A stretch of 64,000 nucleotides of DNA from Micropruina sp. (lineage in GTDB: Bacteria > Actinomycetota > Actinomycetes > Propionibacteriales > Propionibacteriaceae). A program made the position numbers and the translations under genes. Position 1 is the first letter of the stretch; each line of letters starts with the position of its first letter. The DNA is taken from NCBI GenBank assembly GCA_018055925.1, contig JAGPGQ010000001.1:935-64934 (forward strand), written 5' to 3'. Positions 38,435 through 48,215 of the stretch are shown one piece after another. The notes under the pieces are model-generated. The model was not told where the DNA came from and ran no database searches. It saw only the letters and a list, made by a program, of their open reading frames with translations.

Positions 38435-39856
38435 ATGTACCGGCGCACAAAGATTGATCCGACCGCGATCGGCTGGCCGATCGGACGCGCAGCCGAGCCA
38501 CGCGCCGGTCAGCTGTGGTGCCGGTGGGACCGCACGACCGGGGTGATCGGACCACAGGGCAGTGGCAAGACCCTCGATCTGTTGACCCCGGCGCTGCTCG
38601 CTGCCCCTGGCGCGGCGCTAACGACCCTGACCAAGACCGAAGACCTGCTGCTCTCGATCACGGCCCGCGGCAGCGGTGGTCGTGCGACGCCGGTCTTGGA
38701 TCCGTTCAGCCAAGCCGATGGCGTTCCGGAGTTGCTGTGGGATCCGGTCCAGGGCGGAGCCGATCCGATGGTCGCGGAACGGCGTGGCCGAGCTTTCACT
38801 GCCGGCACGATCAAGACCTCAGGCCAGGACGACGGGGCGGCACGGTTCTACGCTGCCGAGGCAGGCAAGGTCTTGCAGTGCTACTTCCACGCCGCCGCAC
38901 TTGCCGGCTACCGGCTGGACCGGCTGATCGGCTGGGCGAAGGCGCCGTTGGCCACCCACGAACCCGCCGAAATCCTGCTCAATCATCCCGCCGCGGCACC
39001 CGCCTGGCACGGTCTGCTCCAAGGAGCACTGACCGGCGATCACCGCACCGCCAGCAACACCATCACCACGGTGCAGCAGGCACTCAGCCTGTTCTTCCAA
39101 CCCCAGATCCTGCGCCGCTGCGTGCCTGGCCCCGGGCGTCCCGCCACCGACATCGCCCAAGTCATCCGCGACCGAGGCACCTTCTACCTACTCGGTCGAG
39201 AAGACCCCTATGCCTCCGCGTCACCGCTGATGACCGCCCTGACCGAACACATCCTCGACACTGCGCTCACGATCGCCAACGACAGTTCGTACGGAAAGCT
39301 CTGTCCTCCGATGCTGGCCTGCCTGGACGAGCTCCCCTCCACGGCACCCCTACCGAGCCTGCAAACCCGCGCGGCCAATGAGCGCGCTCTCGGTATCTCA
39401 TTCATCTATGCGGCGCAGACCTGGGCACAACTGACGTCGACCTTCGGCCTCGCCGAAGCTCGCAGCTTGCTCGGCTTGACCAACGTCCTGATCGTCTTCG
39501 GGGGATCGAAGGACATCGAGTTCAACCGGGAACTCTCCGACCTCGTCGGCACCACCCGAATCAACCGCACCACCTGGCAACAGGGCGGAAGTGGCGGCCG
39601 ATCCAGCCACGGCGAAGACATGGTGATCCTGCGACCCGAAGAGATCCGCCGACTACCGGCACGCCACGCCCTGGTGCTGGCGGAGAACGGCAAACCGATC
39701 CTGGCCAAACTGAGCCGCTGCATCGACGGCAAAGCCGGCCAGGTACTCCTCCAACAACAGCGACAGGCCCGCCACAATCTCCAACGCCATCGCACCGCCG
39801 TCGTGGACCCCGAAGCCCGCGCAATCGCCGCCCAAGCAGGCCGCGACACCCCATGA
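38435..39856 (+). CDS. VirD4/TraG-TraD-like type IV coupling protein (no TM segment)
   Basis: Walker A GPQGSGKT; LDELPSTAPLP; AQTWAQL; ILRPEEIRRLP. Confidence 0.88.
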   Translation: MYRRTKIDPTAIGWPIGRAAEPRAGQLWCRWDRTTGVIGPQGSGKTLDLLTPALLAAPGAALTTLTKTEDLLLSITARGSGGRATPVLDPFSQADGVPELLWDPVQGGADPMVAERRGRAFTAGTIKTSGQDDGAARFYAAEAGKVLQCYFHAAALAGYRLDRLIGWAKAPLATHEPAEILLNHPAAAPAWHGLLQGALTGDHRTASNTITTVQQALSLFFQPQILRRCVPGPGRPATDIAQVIRDRGTFYLLGREDPYASASPLMTALTEHILDTALTIANDSSYGKLCPPMLACLDELPSTAPLPSLQTRAANERALGISFIYAAQTWAQLTSTFGLAEARSLLGLTNVLIVFGGSKDIEFNRELSDLVGTTRINRTTWQQGGSGGRSSHGEDMVILRPEEIRRLPARHALVLAENGKPILAKLSRCIDGKAGQVLLQQQRQARHNLQRHRTAVVDPEARAIAAQAGRDTP

Positions 39857-40500
39857 CCAACGACCAGAACAGCCTCGCTCTGCCGTTCCCGTGGCCAGAC
39901 ACGCCGGCCCTGATCACCGCCTACAACACCCTGGTGGCCGCTGCCCACGCCGACGACGCCACCAAACAGGCCATCGGCAGCCCCGCCACACTGCCGCGAC
40001 CATGGGATCCACCGACCTGCACCGACCGCAGACTCCGCGCGGAACTATGGACCTGGCTCGACAAAGTCGTCACATGGTTCAACCACGAGTACGTCTGGGA
40101 CCACACCGGCGCTGGACTCATCCCCGCCTGCTGGCCCCGCCATCCCCACCTCGTCCACGAGATCGCCGTCCTCGCCGACCAACGCCGACGGGCCGGCCTC
40201 GACCTCACCAGCGGCAGCCTCGAGGAATGGCACCGCTACAGCGTCCCCAACTTCATCGACCGACTCAGAGCCCGCACCGGAAGCCTGTGCGACGAACGCC
40301 ACGCGGAATGGCCCGCCGCCGGCCGCTACCGACGCCACACCAGCCGGACAGCCAGCGACGACCGGGCACGCCTCTACACCGACGACGTCAACAACCTGCC
40401 CAGCAACCACCGACTCGAACCTTCGCCGTTCCGACCGAGACTGCAACTCGTGGACGACGACGGCGCCCCAATCGACCCCTACACCGGAGAGATCCTCTGA
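39853..40500 (+). CDS. Conserved conjugation-associated protein (DUF4913-like)
   Basis: IPACWPRHPHLVHEIAVL...WH; C-terminal DPYTGEIL; ATGA overlap with the coupling protein. Confidence 0.7.
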   Translation: MTNDQNSLALPFPWPDTPALITAYNTLVAAAHADDATKQAIGSPATLPRPWDPPTCTDRRLRAELWTWLDKVVTWFNHEYVWDHTGAGLIPACWPRHPHLVHEIAVLADQRRRAGLDLTSGSLEEWHRYSVPNFIDRLRARTGSLCDERHAEWPAAGRYRRHTSRTASDDRARLYTDDVNNLPSNHRLEPSPFRPRLQLVDDDGAPIDPYTGEIL

Positions 40501-40533
40501 CCTGCACGCATGCCGAATGCGGCGTTCGGGGAG

Positions 40534-40567
40534 CCGTGCCCCGCTCGGCGAAACGCGCGGGGCACGG
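40534..40567. terminator. GC-rich hairpin ending the conjugation operon
   Basis: Perfect 11-bp stem CCGTGCCCCGC / GCGGGGCACGG between convergent genes. Confidence 0.65.
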
Positions 40568-40732
40568 ACACGACATGCCGGTCAACGGTCTCCACTGATG
40601 GCCGGCTCGCGCTCGGCCAGTCCTCGAGGTGTCTTGACTCGAGGTGTCTCACTCGTACCCTCAGATCCGTCCAGTTGAAGCCGTCCCGGACAACTCACTC
40701 TCGTTTGACGCGTCGTTGAACACACCGATGAC

Positions 40733-42133
40733 CTACGGCATCGGCGCAGTGTGGATCGTGTACTTGCGCGGCGTCACAGCGTCCTCGGCGGGGGTTTGGC
40801 TCAGCGCCTTGGGGTTGTTGATGAGGTGGGCGCCCTTCGCGTCTGTTCCGGTGACTACCAGGAGGGTCGGAGCACCCTCCTGGTGACCCTTCTCGTGCGT
40901 GACGATCCGGTCGATGGCCAGGCTGTTGGTCGTGATCAGGGCGGTGCCGACGTCCTTGTTGAAGACTCGCCCAGCGAGCTGCTGCCAGCGGAATGGGAGG
41001 ATTTCGGGCGCGATCACGGGGTTGAGGATGTGGCTGACGCCGGCCTGATGCAGGCTGGGCCCGATTTCGAGCAGCCGGTCAAGGTCTTCGCAGATCAGGA
41101 TCGCAAACCGTCCAGCGGTGCTCTCAAGTATCACGGTCCGCCTGCCTGTGCGGATGGCTTCCGCTCGTCCCTCAGGGGGTGAGCCGCTGGCCATCCCGTA
41201 GGTCCCCAGATCTGGTCCGGCGATGTGGTAGCCGCGGACCTTGTCGGCAACGGCCACCACCTCGCCGCTGCGGCCGTGAATCAGGACTGCGCGGTTCACG
41301 GGGATGTCCGTACCGTCGCTGAGTTGCAGGCGATCTCCAGATGCTGAGGCACCTGGTGCGGAGGGGAGATCAACGGGACCCGTCCCGGCGAGGATCCAGG
41401 TCGGTGAATCACTGCTAGACGTGGAACGCCAGACCTCTACTCCCTGGGTATCCAATGTGGCTTCAGCTGTGATGCCGAGATCGGCGCCGGCCATCGCCCG
41501 GGCGGCCACGGGGATTCGGTGATGCAGGGAGGACTTCGGGACCAGTTCGTAGGCGGCGATCCCACCCGGTGTCTCGACCTCTCGGCTCTCAACGTCTTCT
41601 TTGAGGGCAAGTGGCACTTGGCTGATCTGCAGCCCCGGGATACCTGGGATGTGGTCATGCAGTTCGTCGACGCGGACCCACGCGCAGGAGTCTTTGAACT
41701 CAGGAGAGATCCGCAGTGTCTTGAACACCTGGGAAAGCTCATCAGCAGTCGCGTGAGGTCGGCTTCGATCGGCCCGGCGTGGGACCACCATGCCGGGTTC
41801 GGACAGGTTGAACTGACCGGTGCGTCGGTAGTGGAGCCGCATCGACAGCACCACGCGATCGGTTGTCGGGTACATGGGGTCTGCTGCGACGATGAAGAGG
41901 TTGTCGAGGCCCATCAGCACACCCATCAGGTGAGCAGGGTCGGGGTCTGTGAGCAGCGTCTCGTCGAGTGCGAAACCGGCCCGAGTAGCTGTGCAGCTGT
42001 GCCTCACCGCAGCCTTGCCGACCTGGTAGGAGGGTTGCTCGGCCCAGCTCTCAAGCTGGGTCCATCCGGCCTTCTCCTTCGCGAGCGAATCGAACACTTG
42101 GGCGAAGGCGTCACCAGCCTGTATACTTACCAT
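40733..42133 (-). CDS. Protein with C-terminal nitrilase/carbon-nitrogen-hydrolase-like domain (466 aa)
   Basis: ITAEATL (Glu), NRAVLI...ADK (Lys), FAILICEDL (Cys) in nitrilase order. Confidence 0.65.
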   Translation of the reverse strand: MVSIQAGDAFAQVFDSLAKEKAGWTQLESWAEQPSYQVGKAAVRHSCTATRAGFALDETLLTDPDPAHLMGVLMGLDNLFIVAADPMYPTTDRVVLSMRLHYRRTGQFNLSEPGMVVPRRADRSRPHATADELSQVFKTLRISPEFKDSCAWVRVDELHDHIPGIPGLQISQVPLALKEDVESREVETPGGIAAYELVPKSSLHHRIPVAARAMAGADLGITAEATLDTQGVEVWRSTSSSDSPTWILAGTGPVDLPSAPGASASGDRLQLSDGTDIPVNRAVLIHGRSGEVVAVADKVRGYHIAGPDLGTYGMASGSPPEGRAEAIRTGRRTVILESTAGRFAILICEDLDRLLEIGPSLHQAGVSHILNPVIAPEILPFRWQQLAGRVFNKDVGTALITTNSLAIDRIVTHEKGHQEGAPTLLVVTGTDAKGAHLINNPKALSQTPAEDAVTPRKYTIHTAPMP

Positions 42134-42162
42134 CTAGTTACCATCCTGGGAGGTGGGTCGTC

Positions 42163-42852
42163 ATGACGATAGCGGCATGGGACGCGATTCTTGATGAACC
42201 GGTGGCGGATCAGGCGTGGCTCGACACGGTGGCGTTGTTGGCCCTGGATTTGACCACTGGTCCGGCCGCTGAGGGAGAGTTGAAGCGGTTTCGTACCCAG
42301 TTAGCCGATGCAGCGGTGAAGAACTGGCCAGACGGTAGTTCCGCCAGCGTCCGCGAGCAGCTTCGGCTTCTTGTCGTCCAACTGGATGCGGCCATAGGAC
42401 GTCGGAAGGCCCTGCGACACCTGGAGCCAACCGGCTCGAACGCGAAGGTGATCGACTGTCTCCGGACGCTCGGCGGGTCTGCGTTCAACGAGGCTCTGCA
42501 GAAGGCTACGAGTCTGCGGTCAAGCCATCTGAGCAGAGCCTGCAACCAGCTCGAGGAGGCCGGCATGCTCTTTCGTAGAAAGATTGGCCGGCAGGTGGAG
42601 TGGACTCTGACCCCGCTGGTCGACACAGTGAAGATCGCTCCGCAGGAGCGCACCCCGACCGACTCCGGGAAGAAGCGGGCCGATCTGAAGCGACTGTTTG
42701 AGCGTCAGGCAGCGACGGCAGCTCAGGAGCGAAAGGCGGCCGGTGAGATCGTGGTCGAGGTGGATGTCAGCAACAACAGAAAGGTCACCTTCGTCGGGAC
42801 CGGTGGTGTCGAGGTGGGCCGTCGGGCGGCTGATCGGAAGGTGAATCGCTAG
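42163..42852 (+). CDS. Winged-helix (MarR-like) DNA-binding protein
   Basis: SHLSRACNQLEEAGMLFRRKIGRQVEWTLT. Confidence 0.72.
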   Translation: MTIAAWDAILDEPVADQAWLDTVALLALDLTTGPAAEGELKRFRTQLADAAVKNWPDGSSASVREQLRLLVVQLDAAIGRRKALRHLEPTGSNAKVIDCLRTLGGSAFNEALQKATSLRSSHLSRACNQLEEAGMLFRRKIGRQVEWTLTPLVDTVKIAPQERTPTDSGKKRADLKRLFERQAATAAQERKAAGEIVVEVDVSNNRKVTFVGTGGVEVGRRAADRKVNR

Positions 42853-42925
42853 GGGTATAGAGGGGGCTCTATTCCGCGGAATATTCGGCGCCACCACCTC
42901 GGCAGGTGGCAACGGAGCGCTGGGG

Positions 42926-43183
42926 TCAAGTGATGCGGGCTCCGCGGCGGAGGTGGTGGTCGGGGTCGTTTGACCACTGCTCTCCGTCGTTGTATTCGGC
43001 TTCCATCCGTTGGCACCAAGCGATGAGTGCCTGTTCGGTGAAGCGAGTGAGGGTGAAGCTTGGGTCGTTGGACTTCTGGAGCCCGACGACGGCGGCGCGG
43101 ACCCTCTCCAGTACCTCTGGGTCTATCCGGGCGACCCAGGCAACCTTGCGACTGCTCACAGCACCCCCTTGGTGCGCAGCCAC
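42926..43183 (-). CDS. Small centromere-binding (ParB C-terminal/RHH-like) protein
   Basis: RVRAAV...TLTRFTEQAL...RMEAEYNDGEQW...LRRG; directly downstream of the parA remnant. Confidence 0.65.
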   Translation of the reverse strand: MAAHQGGAVSSRKVAWVARIDPEVLERVRAAVVGLQKSNDPSFTLTRFTEQALIAWCQRMEAEYNDGEQWSNDPDHHLRRGARIT

Positions 43184-43185
43184 GC

Positions 43186-43590
43186 ATGGACTGCCTCGTG
43201 GTTGCCCGTGACCTTACCGTTGGCATTCCAGGTGGGTGGCGGGACGCTGTGTCCATGGCTTTGGCGACCTGGACGCTCCGTCGGATGGGCGGGCTGACCA
43301 GATCACCCATAAGTCGTGTGCGGTAGGGACATGACATCGCTGTAAATCCGGCCCTGGCTAGCGGGTGGGACGATGCACGGCACGATGCCCGCGAAGTGGA
43401 GGTTCGGGTTGAACGTCTCGTACGGCCTCCACGGCGTCCAGCAACTCCCGGATGCCTTTGCTCTCCTTCGTCGTTGGCCGGGGTGACAGTGAGGATGCCT
43501 GTCGCGGCAACGATGGCCGAGCTTGTGATTCTGGAGACTGAGCTGCAGGCACGTCCAAATGCCGGTTTCCCAATGCTTACCCCGGCGGAC
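43186..43590 (-). pseudogene. parA: ParA C-terminal fragment with frameshifts
   Basis: Across frames: AIVAATGILTVT / KGIRELLDAVEAVR / FNPNLHFAGIVP / PPIRRSVQVAKA; Walker A region missing. Confidence 0.72.
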
Positions 43591-43597
43591 ACGGCTG

Positions 43598-44551
43598 CTA
43601 GTTCGTTTCTGCGCTCCTAGCCTGGCGGGGCCAGTTGAGCAGCGCCGGATTGCGCTCGGCCCATTCATCGAGCGGCGCTGCGTCGAGTTCGAGGTAGCTG
43701 ACGACATCAAGTGCAGCCTGCTGTACGCACAGGCACGCCGTCGCGAACTGCCAGCGCACGGTCTCGGGATCTGCATAGAACTGGTGCCTCACGTGGTTGT
43801 CATGCGGAGCGGACCTCGTCTGAGCGCTGAGCCGATAGATCGACGGATGTGTGAAGGTCGAGAGGGTGTCGTACAGACGTTTGGTGCTCAGTCTCTTGCG
43901 CCCGAGATCGTTCACAGCTCGCCCGAGACTGGCATACTGCTCTCCTCCTACGCTCCATTCGTTGAGCGCCTCGACGTCGAACAACTCCAAATCGGGGAAA
44001 GAGCGACGTGCGCGTGCAATCAGCGCCTCCCGTTCTCGCTTCAGTTGCTTCGCGAATGCTTGCTGTCCTTTGCTCGCCAACGCGAGCCTTGCCATCTGGA
44101 TGCTGACGATTCGCTCCATATACGAGCGTGCGAGGCGGCCCTCCGGTGGCGTGTCTGGGTCGAGCAGCCAGGTGACGCGCCCGCAGTGCTCCGCGAGCGT
44201 GCGGGTCACTGTCCAGCCCGTCAGCACGATTTCGGGTCCGACTAGACACACGAGAGCCCGCAACTGCTGAGCTGCGGCAGTGATGTACAGCACCGCGTCG
44301 TCGACGATCGCGCGCATGACTCGGTCGGGCTGATCGACCTGTGCCGGCAAGAGGCTGGCTTCCCGTGCGCATGCGCTTGTCGGGCAGGTCGGTTCGCCGC
44401 AGCGGTGTGCGATGGCGTCCCAGGTAGAGGCGAGGTCGAGCGCACCGGCCACCAGATCGTCGAACTGCCCTACAAGTCGGCGCTCGTTGGTGTCGTCCTC
44501 TTGCCGATACACCAGTCTGTCCTTCCGTCGTCCTTGTATGTGCTCGGTCAT
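43598..44551 (-). CDS. Hypothetical helical protein (317 aa), DUF5677/HEPN-like motifs
   Basis: RTLAEHCGRVTWLL and LYDTLSTFTHP motifs; start taken at MTEHIQG. Confidence 0.6.
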   Translation of the reverse strand: MTEHIQGRRKDRLVYRQEDDTNERRLVGQFDDLVAGALDLASTWDAIAHRCGEPTCPTSACAREASLLPAQVDQPDRVMRAIVDDAVLYITAAAQQLRALVCLVGPEIVLTGWTVTRTLAEHCGRVTWLLDPDTPPEGRLARSYMERIVSIQMARLALASKGQQAFAKQLKREREALIARARRSFPDLELFDVEALNEWSVGGEQYASLGRAVNDLGRKRLSTKRLYDTLSTFTHPSIYRLSAQTRSAPHDNHVRHQFYADPETVRWQFATACLCVQQAALDVVSYLELDAAPLDEWAERNPALLNWPRQARSAETN

Positions 44552-44639
44552 CCCGATTGTCCGAGTCGCCGCCGGGTCGAGGCCTATGTGGATGTAGGTA
44601 GGTGGGTCGGGGCCGAAGCCCCTACTTTCCACAGCAGCC

Positions 44640-44948
44640 GTGAAAGGGATGCCGATGCCAGCCTCCCCTCCTAGCGTGACGGGCATGCTAGCCGCTGCGG
44701 AACACGCTTTCGCCATCATCGAGCACGATCTCCAGGCTGTGCTGTCGCACCACTGCCCTGACGCCGAGGTCGTCGGGGACCTTCTTGAGATCCACAGCCT
44801 TCTACTTCTGGCCGGTGTTGCTGATCCGCAATGCGCACTGCCGGGCACTCTGCGGGAAGCGGCGGCACTGATAGGGACCGACGAGGCCTTGGGCATTCAA
44901 CGTCTGGCCATCTCGGCTCTCGTGGATCGGTTGGCGTCGAGGCGGTGA
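44640..44948 (+). CDS. Small hypothetical protein (~100 aa)
   Basis: GTGA overlap with the downstream large gene; same arrangement as 8521-8823. Confidence 0.68.
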   Translation: MKGMPMPASPPSVTGMLAAAEHAFAIIEHDLQAVLSHHCPDAEVVGDLLEIHSLLLLAGVADPQCALPGTLREAAALIGTDEALGIQRLAISALVDRLASRR

Positions 44949-47632
44949 CCACGCTCGATCGGCTCCTGCGGCAGGCGGAGGTCGCCGCCGGCCAGTTGGC
45001 GAGTAGCGCCAGCCGCGACCTTGACGCTGCCATGACTCGCGGCGCCGAGCGCTCTGCTGCCTGGCCACGCCTGGCCGCCCATGGCAACCGACTACTCGAA
45101 GCGATCGGCCGGCATAGTCCCACGCTGAGTCGACTCACCCTGGCTACGCCGGTACCTGTGCCGGCCAGCCCGCAGCTGCTGCGTCTTGCCGACCTGTTTG
45201 GCGCCGCCGCCGACCTCCTTCACAGCTCGCCGGAGGTGGTCAGTAGCGCCGCACCGATTGAGTGGAGCCGCCAACACCTCCTCGATGGGCATCCCGATGT
45301 CGAAGCGATTTCCGCCGCGGTGTACGCGCCACTGGCGCGGGCCGCGGCCTGGACTCTTGAACCGCTTCATGTGGTAGCCGTCGATGCTCTGTGGAGCAGC
45401 GATGTGGTCCAGCTTGGACCGATCCCGATGAGCCTCGATCAGCTGCTCAGCGAGGTTGCCGATGTCGCGTTCTCAACCCATCGTGGATTGACCAGAATCG
45501 GTAACCTCACGGCGCCCGGTGACCCGTTGCAGCACCACCTCAGCGCATGGGAGCGCGCCGCCCACGAGGCTCTCAGGCACGAGCCGCACCGCCATACCCT
45601 GCGCCTGATCTCCTACACACTTGCAGCGCTCAGCGCGGCCGCCGCTCACGGCATTGACAGCCAGACCGACGGCACGTCCCGGGGCGCTGCGGATCGACTT
45701 CGTGCGGCCGCAACCACCAGCTTGCGGGCCAGCCGCTGGCCTGACCATGTGCGCCTAGAAGGCCAGGTTGACCGAAGCCTCGCTCTGGCCAGTCACGACC
45801 TGCGCAACCAGCTCGTACCACTTCGGTGGCCTGCCGGCTGGCCACCTGGGGACAGCAGCGACACGACGATTCAGCTTCTACTCAATGCCGCAGCAAGGGT
45901 CGCGCACCACCACCACGACGTCATGCACACCATTCCGATCTGGATCAACAGCCGACACTTGGCCGTAGGCAACCATGCGCCGGCGTCGGCCCGTCGAAAA
46001 CAACGCGCTGAGCCTGACCAGGCTGTGAAGGTCACGCTGGAGGATCGGCGGCAGGGCCGCTGGATTCAGTTGACACCAACTACACCTCACCCCGAACTGG
46101 AGAAGCTCCGCGCCGACAGCAAGCGGGTTGCCGAACTCCTCGATAGCGCCCGCCACACCCCGCCCACCAGAACGCCGGAAGCCGTCCGCCGCCCCCCAGC
46201 GGCGGTCAGAGGTGCTGAACACGGCCCTGGCGAGCCATTGGCGTCAGCACGGCAGCTTTGCTCCGCGCTCGACTTCAGCCCGCCGACCGGAGCAGGGCAG
46301 GCCGTGCGCCAATCCGCTCAGCGCGCAGCGGGCTGGCATCAACTTGCGCAGGTGGGGAATCGCCTGCTGGCCGCCCTGGGCAGCCCTAGCCCTGCACTCG
46401 TGAGCATCAGCGAGTCCACACCGCTACCGCTACCGGTTGACCCCTCTATCCGACAGATCACGGCAGCCATCGCAGCGGCGGCCGACCACACCCGTGAACC
46501 CGATCCAGTGCTCCATGTGGAGGCCACGGAGATCCTCAGGCGCGTAGCCGAATGGACACTCACCCCGTATCGGCGCTTCGGTTCAGATCCCGGTGTGCTG
46601 GCCGGCTCACTACAGCGGCTCCTGGCGGAGGTGGCGGTGCACGGTCCTCCGCTCAGCAGTTCGGCCGACCCGATCGCCGCCGCCATTCAAGCCTGGCAGA
46701 GCGCCGGACGAGCGGCGCTCGACAGCAGTCCTTCAGCCTCGACGATGAGTCACCTCTCCGCCGACCTGACCCAGGCAATTACCGCTCTATCCGACGCCAC
46801 CATCTCCCTCGGAGAAGCAGGCACAGTCCCAGCCGATGCCGTCGAGGCAATGCTGGGCCACCTGACTACCGCCCGCCGCGCCAGCCATGTCGCCGCAGAA
46901 TGGCCAGCCCACCTCCGAACGGGTGACAAGCAGGAGGACCCCGCATTCCTGGCAAGCTCTGACAAGCTGCGGAGCGGACTACAGCCGGCCAGTCGATGGA
47001 CAACAGCCCGCAGCGGCCTCCTCGTCGACAGCTGGCTGCTCGTGGTAGCCAGCAGCGATCTCGCCGTTCGACTCGCGCAGGTTGTCAATACACAGCCCAT
47101 CAGAGCAAGCGGAGAACATTCACGTCGGCCGTCGGGGCGTGAACAGCCCGATGTGGCGAGCCGGTCGCGGACGACCGCGCTCGAGCTGGACGCACAACTG
47201 ATCGAGACAGCCCGGCTGCACCCCGAATACACCAACCGTGAACTCGCGCGGCTGCTCGGCTACAGCTCGCCCGGTCAGGTGAATTTCCGACTCAATGAGG
47301 CACGAGCGGAGGGGCTTCTACCCCGTAGCGCTCGCGCCAAGTACACCGTCATCGGAGCGGGCCGGGCCGAGTACGACCTCCTGGCCAGCGCCACCCGCGA
47401 CCTGGCAGCCAGTCTGGTCCTTGTCCACGGACTGCTCGCTCGCACCCCACAGCTCTCCTCACCCGATCCCGGTCCTCGACGACCAGCGGCGAGACCGAGT
47501 CACTCGACCGATCGGGCCGAAGACATGCTGCCGTCCGCGACATCGCGATGGGAAGTTGTTCAGCCACCGAATCGACGTCTCGACGTGCCGGCGCGCTCCG
47601 GGCTCGCCGGACCGCGCACGATCGTGCCTTGA
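44945..47632 (+). CDS. Hypothetical protein (895 aa): two tandem helical domains, HTH, WEVV tail
   Basis: Internal repeat (GNRLL, AEWTL/AAWTL, LLxEVA, AW, WPxHxR); HTH TNRELARLLGYSSPGQVNFRL. Confidence 0.78.
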   Translation: MTTLDRLLRQAEVAAGQLASSASRDLDAAMTRGAERSAAWPRLAAHGNRLLEAIGRHSPTLSRLTLATPVPVPASPQLLRLADLFGAAADLLHSSPEVVSSAAPIEWSRQHLLDGHPDVEAISAAVYAPLARAAAWTLEPLHVVAVDALWSSDVVQLGPIPMSLDQLLSEVADVAFSTHRGLTRIGNLTAPGDPLQHHLSAWERAAHEALRHEPHRHTLRLISYTLAALSAAAAHGIDSQTDGTSRGAADRLRAAATTSLRASRWPDHVRLEGQVDRSLALASHDLRNQLVPLRWPAGWPPGDSSDTTIQLLLNAAARVAHHHHDVMHTIPIWINSRHLAVGNHAPASARRKQRAEPDQAVKVTLEDRRQGRWIQLTPTTPHPELEKLRADSKRVAELLDSARHTPPTRTPEAVRRPPAAVRGAEHGPGEPLASARQLCSALDFSPPTGAGQAVRQSAQRAAGWHQLAQVGNRLLAALGSPSPALVSISESTPLPLPVDPSIRQITAAIAAAADHTREPDPVLHVEATEILRRVAEWTLTPYRRFGSDPGVLAGSLQRLLAEVAVHGPPLSSSADPIAAAIQAWQSAGRAALDSSPSASTMSHLSADLTQAITALSDATISLGEAGTVPADAVEAMLGHLTTARRASHVAAEWPAHLRTGDKQEDPAFLASSDKLRSGLQPASRWTTARSGLLVDSWLLVVASSDLAVRLAQVVNTQPIRASGEHSRRPSGREQPDVASRSRTTALELDAQLIETARLHPEYTNRELARLLGYSSPGQVNFRLNEARAEGLLPRSARAKYTVIGAGRAEYDLLASATRDLAASLVLVHGLLARTPQLSSPDPGPRRPAARPSHSTDRAEDMLPSATSRWEVVQPPNRRLDVPARSGLAGPRTIVP

Positions 47633-48215
47633 GGGCCACGTCAACCGTGGTCTGAGAGTAACGTGCTTGCAGCCAGTGGGTACTCGGGTGAACCCAGAGT
47701 TCTCCTCGAGTGCGGGCTCGGCTGTCGTCAGGAGCAGGCTTGCAGGGTACGCGTACCGGTGCGGCGACCGGGATCAGCCAGTTGGGGTCAGTTTGGGCAG
47801 GGTCAGGTCGTGGTGGTGCCTGAGCACGGGTCGCGCTGGTCCTGAGTCGCATGTTCGTCGCGTCAGGCCAGGTCGTTGCCGATCCGTCACAAGTTGCCGG
47901 CGCCGTGCAGCGGGATACACAGGGGTCCAGCGTATCTATGACTGGACGCCACTTCGGGGCATGGTCACGATGCCAGCGTCAGTCACGGCGCACGAGGTCC
48001 AGGATGGTTTCAATCCTCGACTTTGGTCGCCTGCGACCGCCGGGGTGAACTGCCACTTCGTAATCGCCTTGCGCGCTGCCAGCGTGAGCTCCATCCGCCA
48101 CCGACTTCCACGCAGGCATTCCGAGATGAGTCAACGACTCGCGCTACGCGTGGCATCGGAAGACGGGTCAACACATGCCCTTCCCATTGGGTGAGTTCAC
48201 CGGTACTCTCATCTC

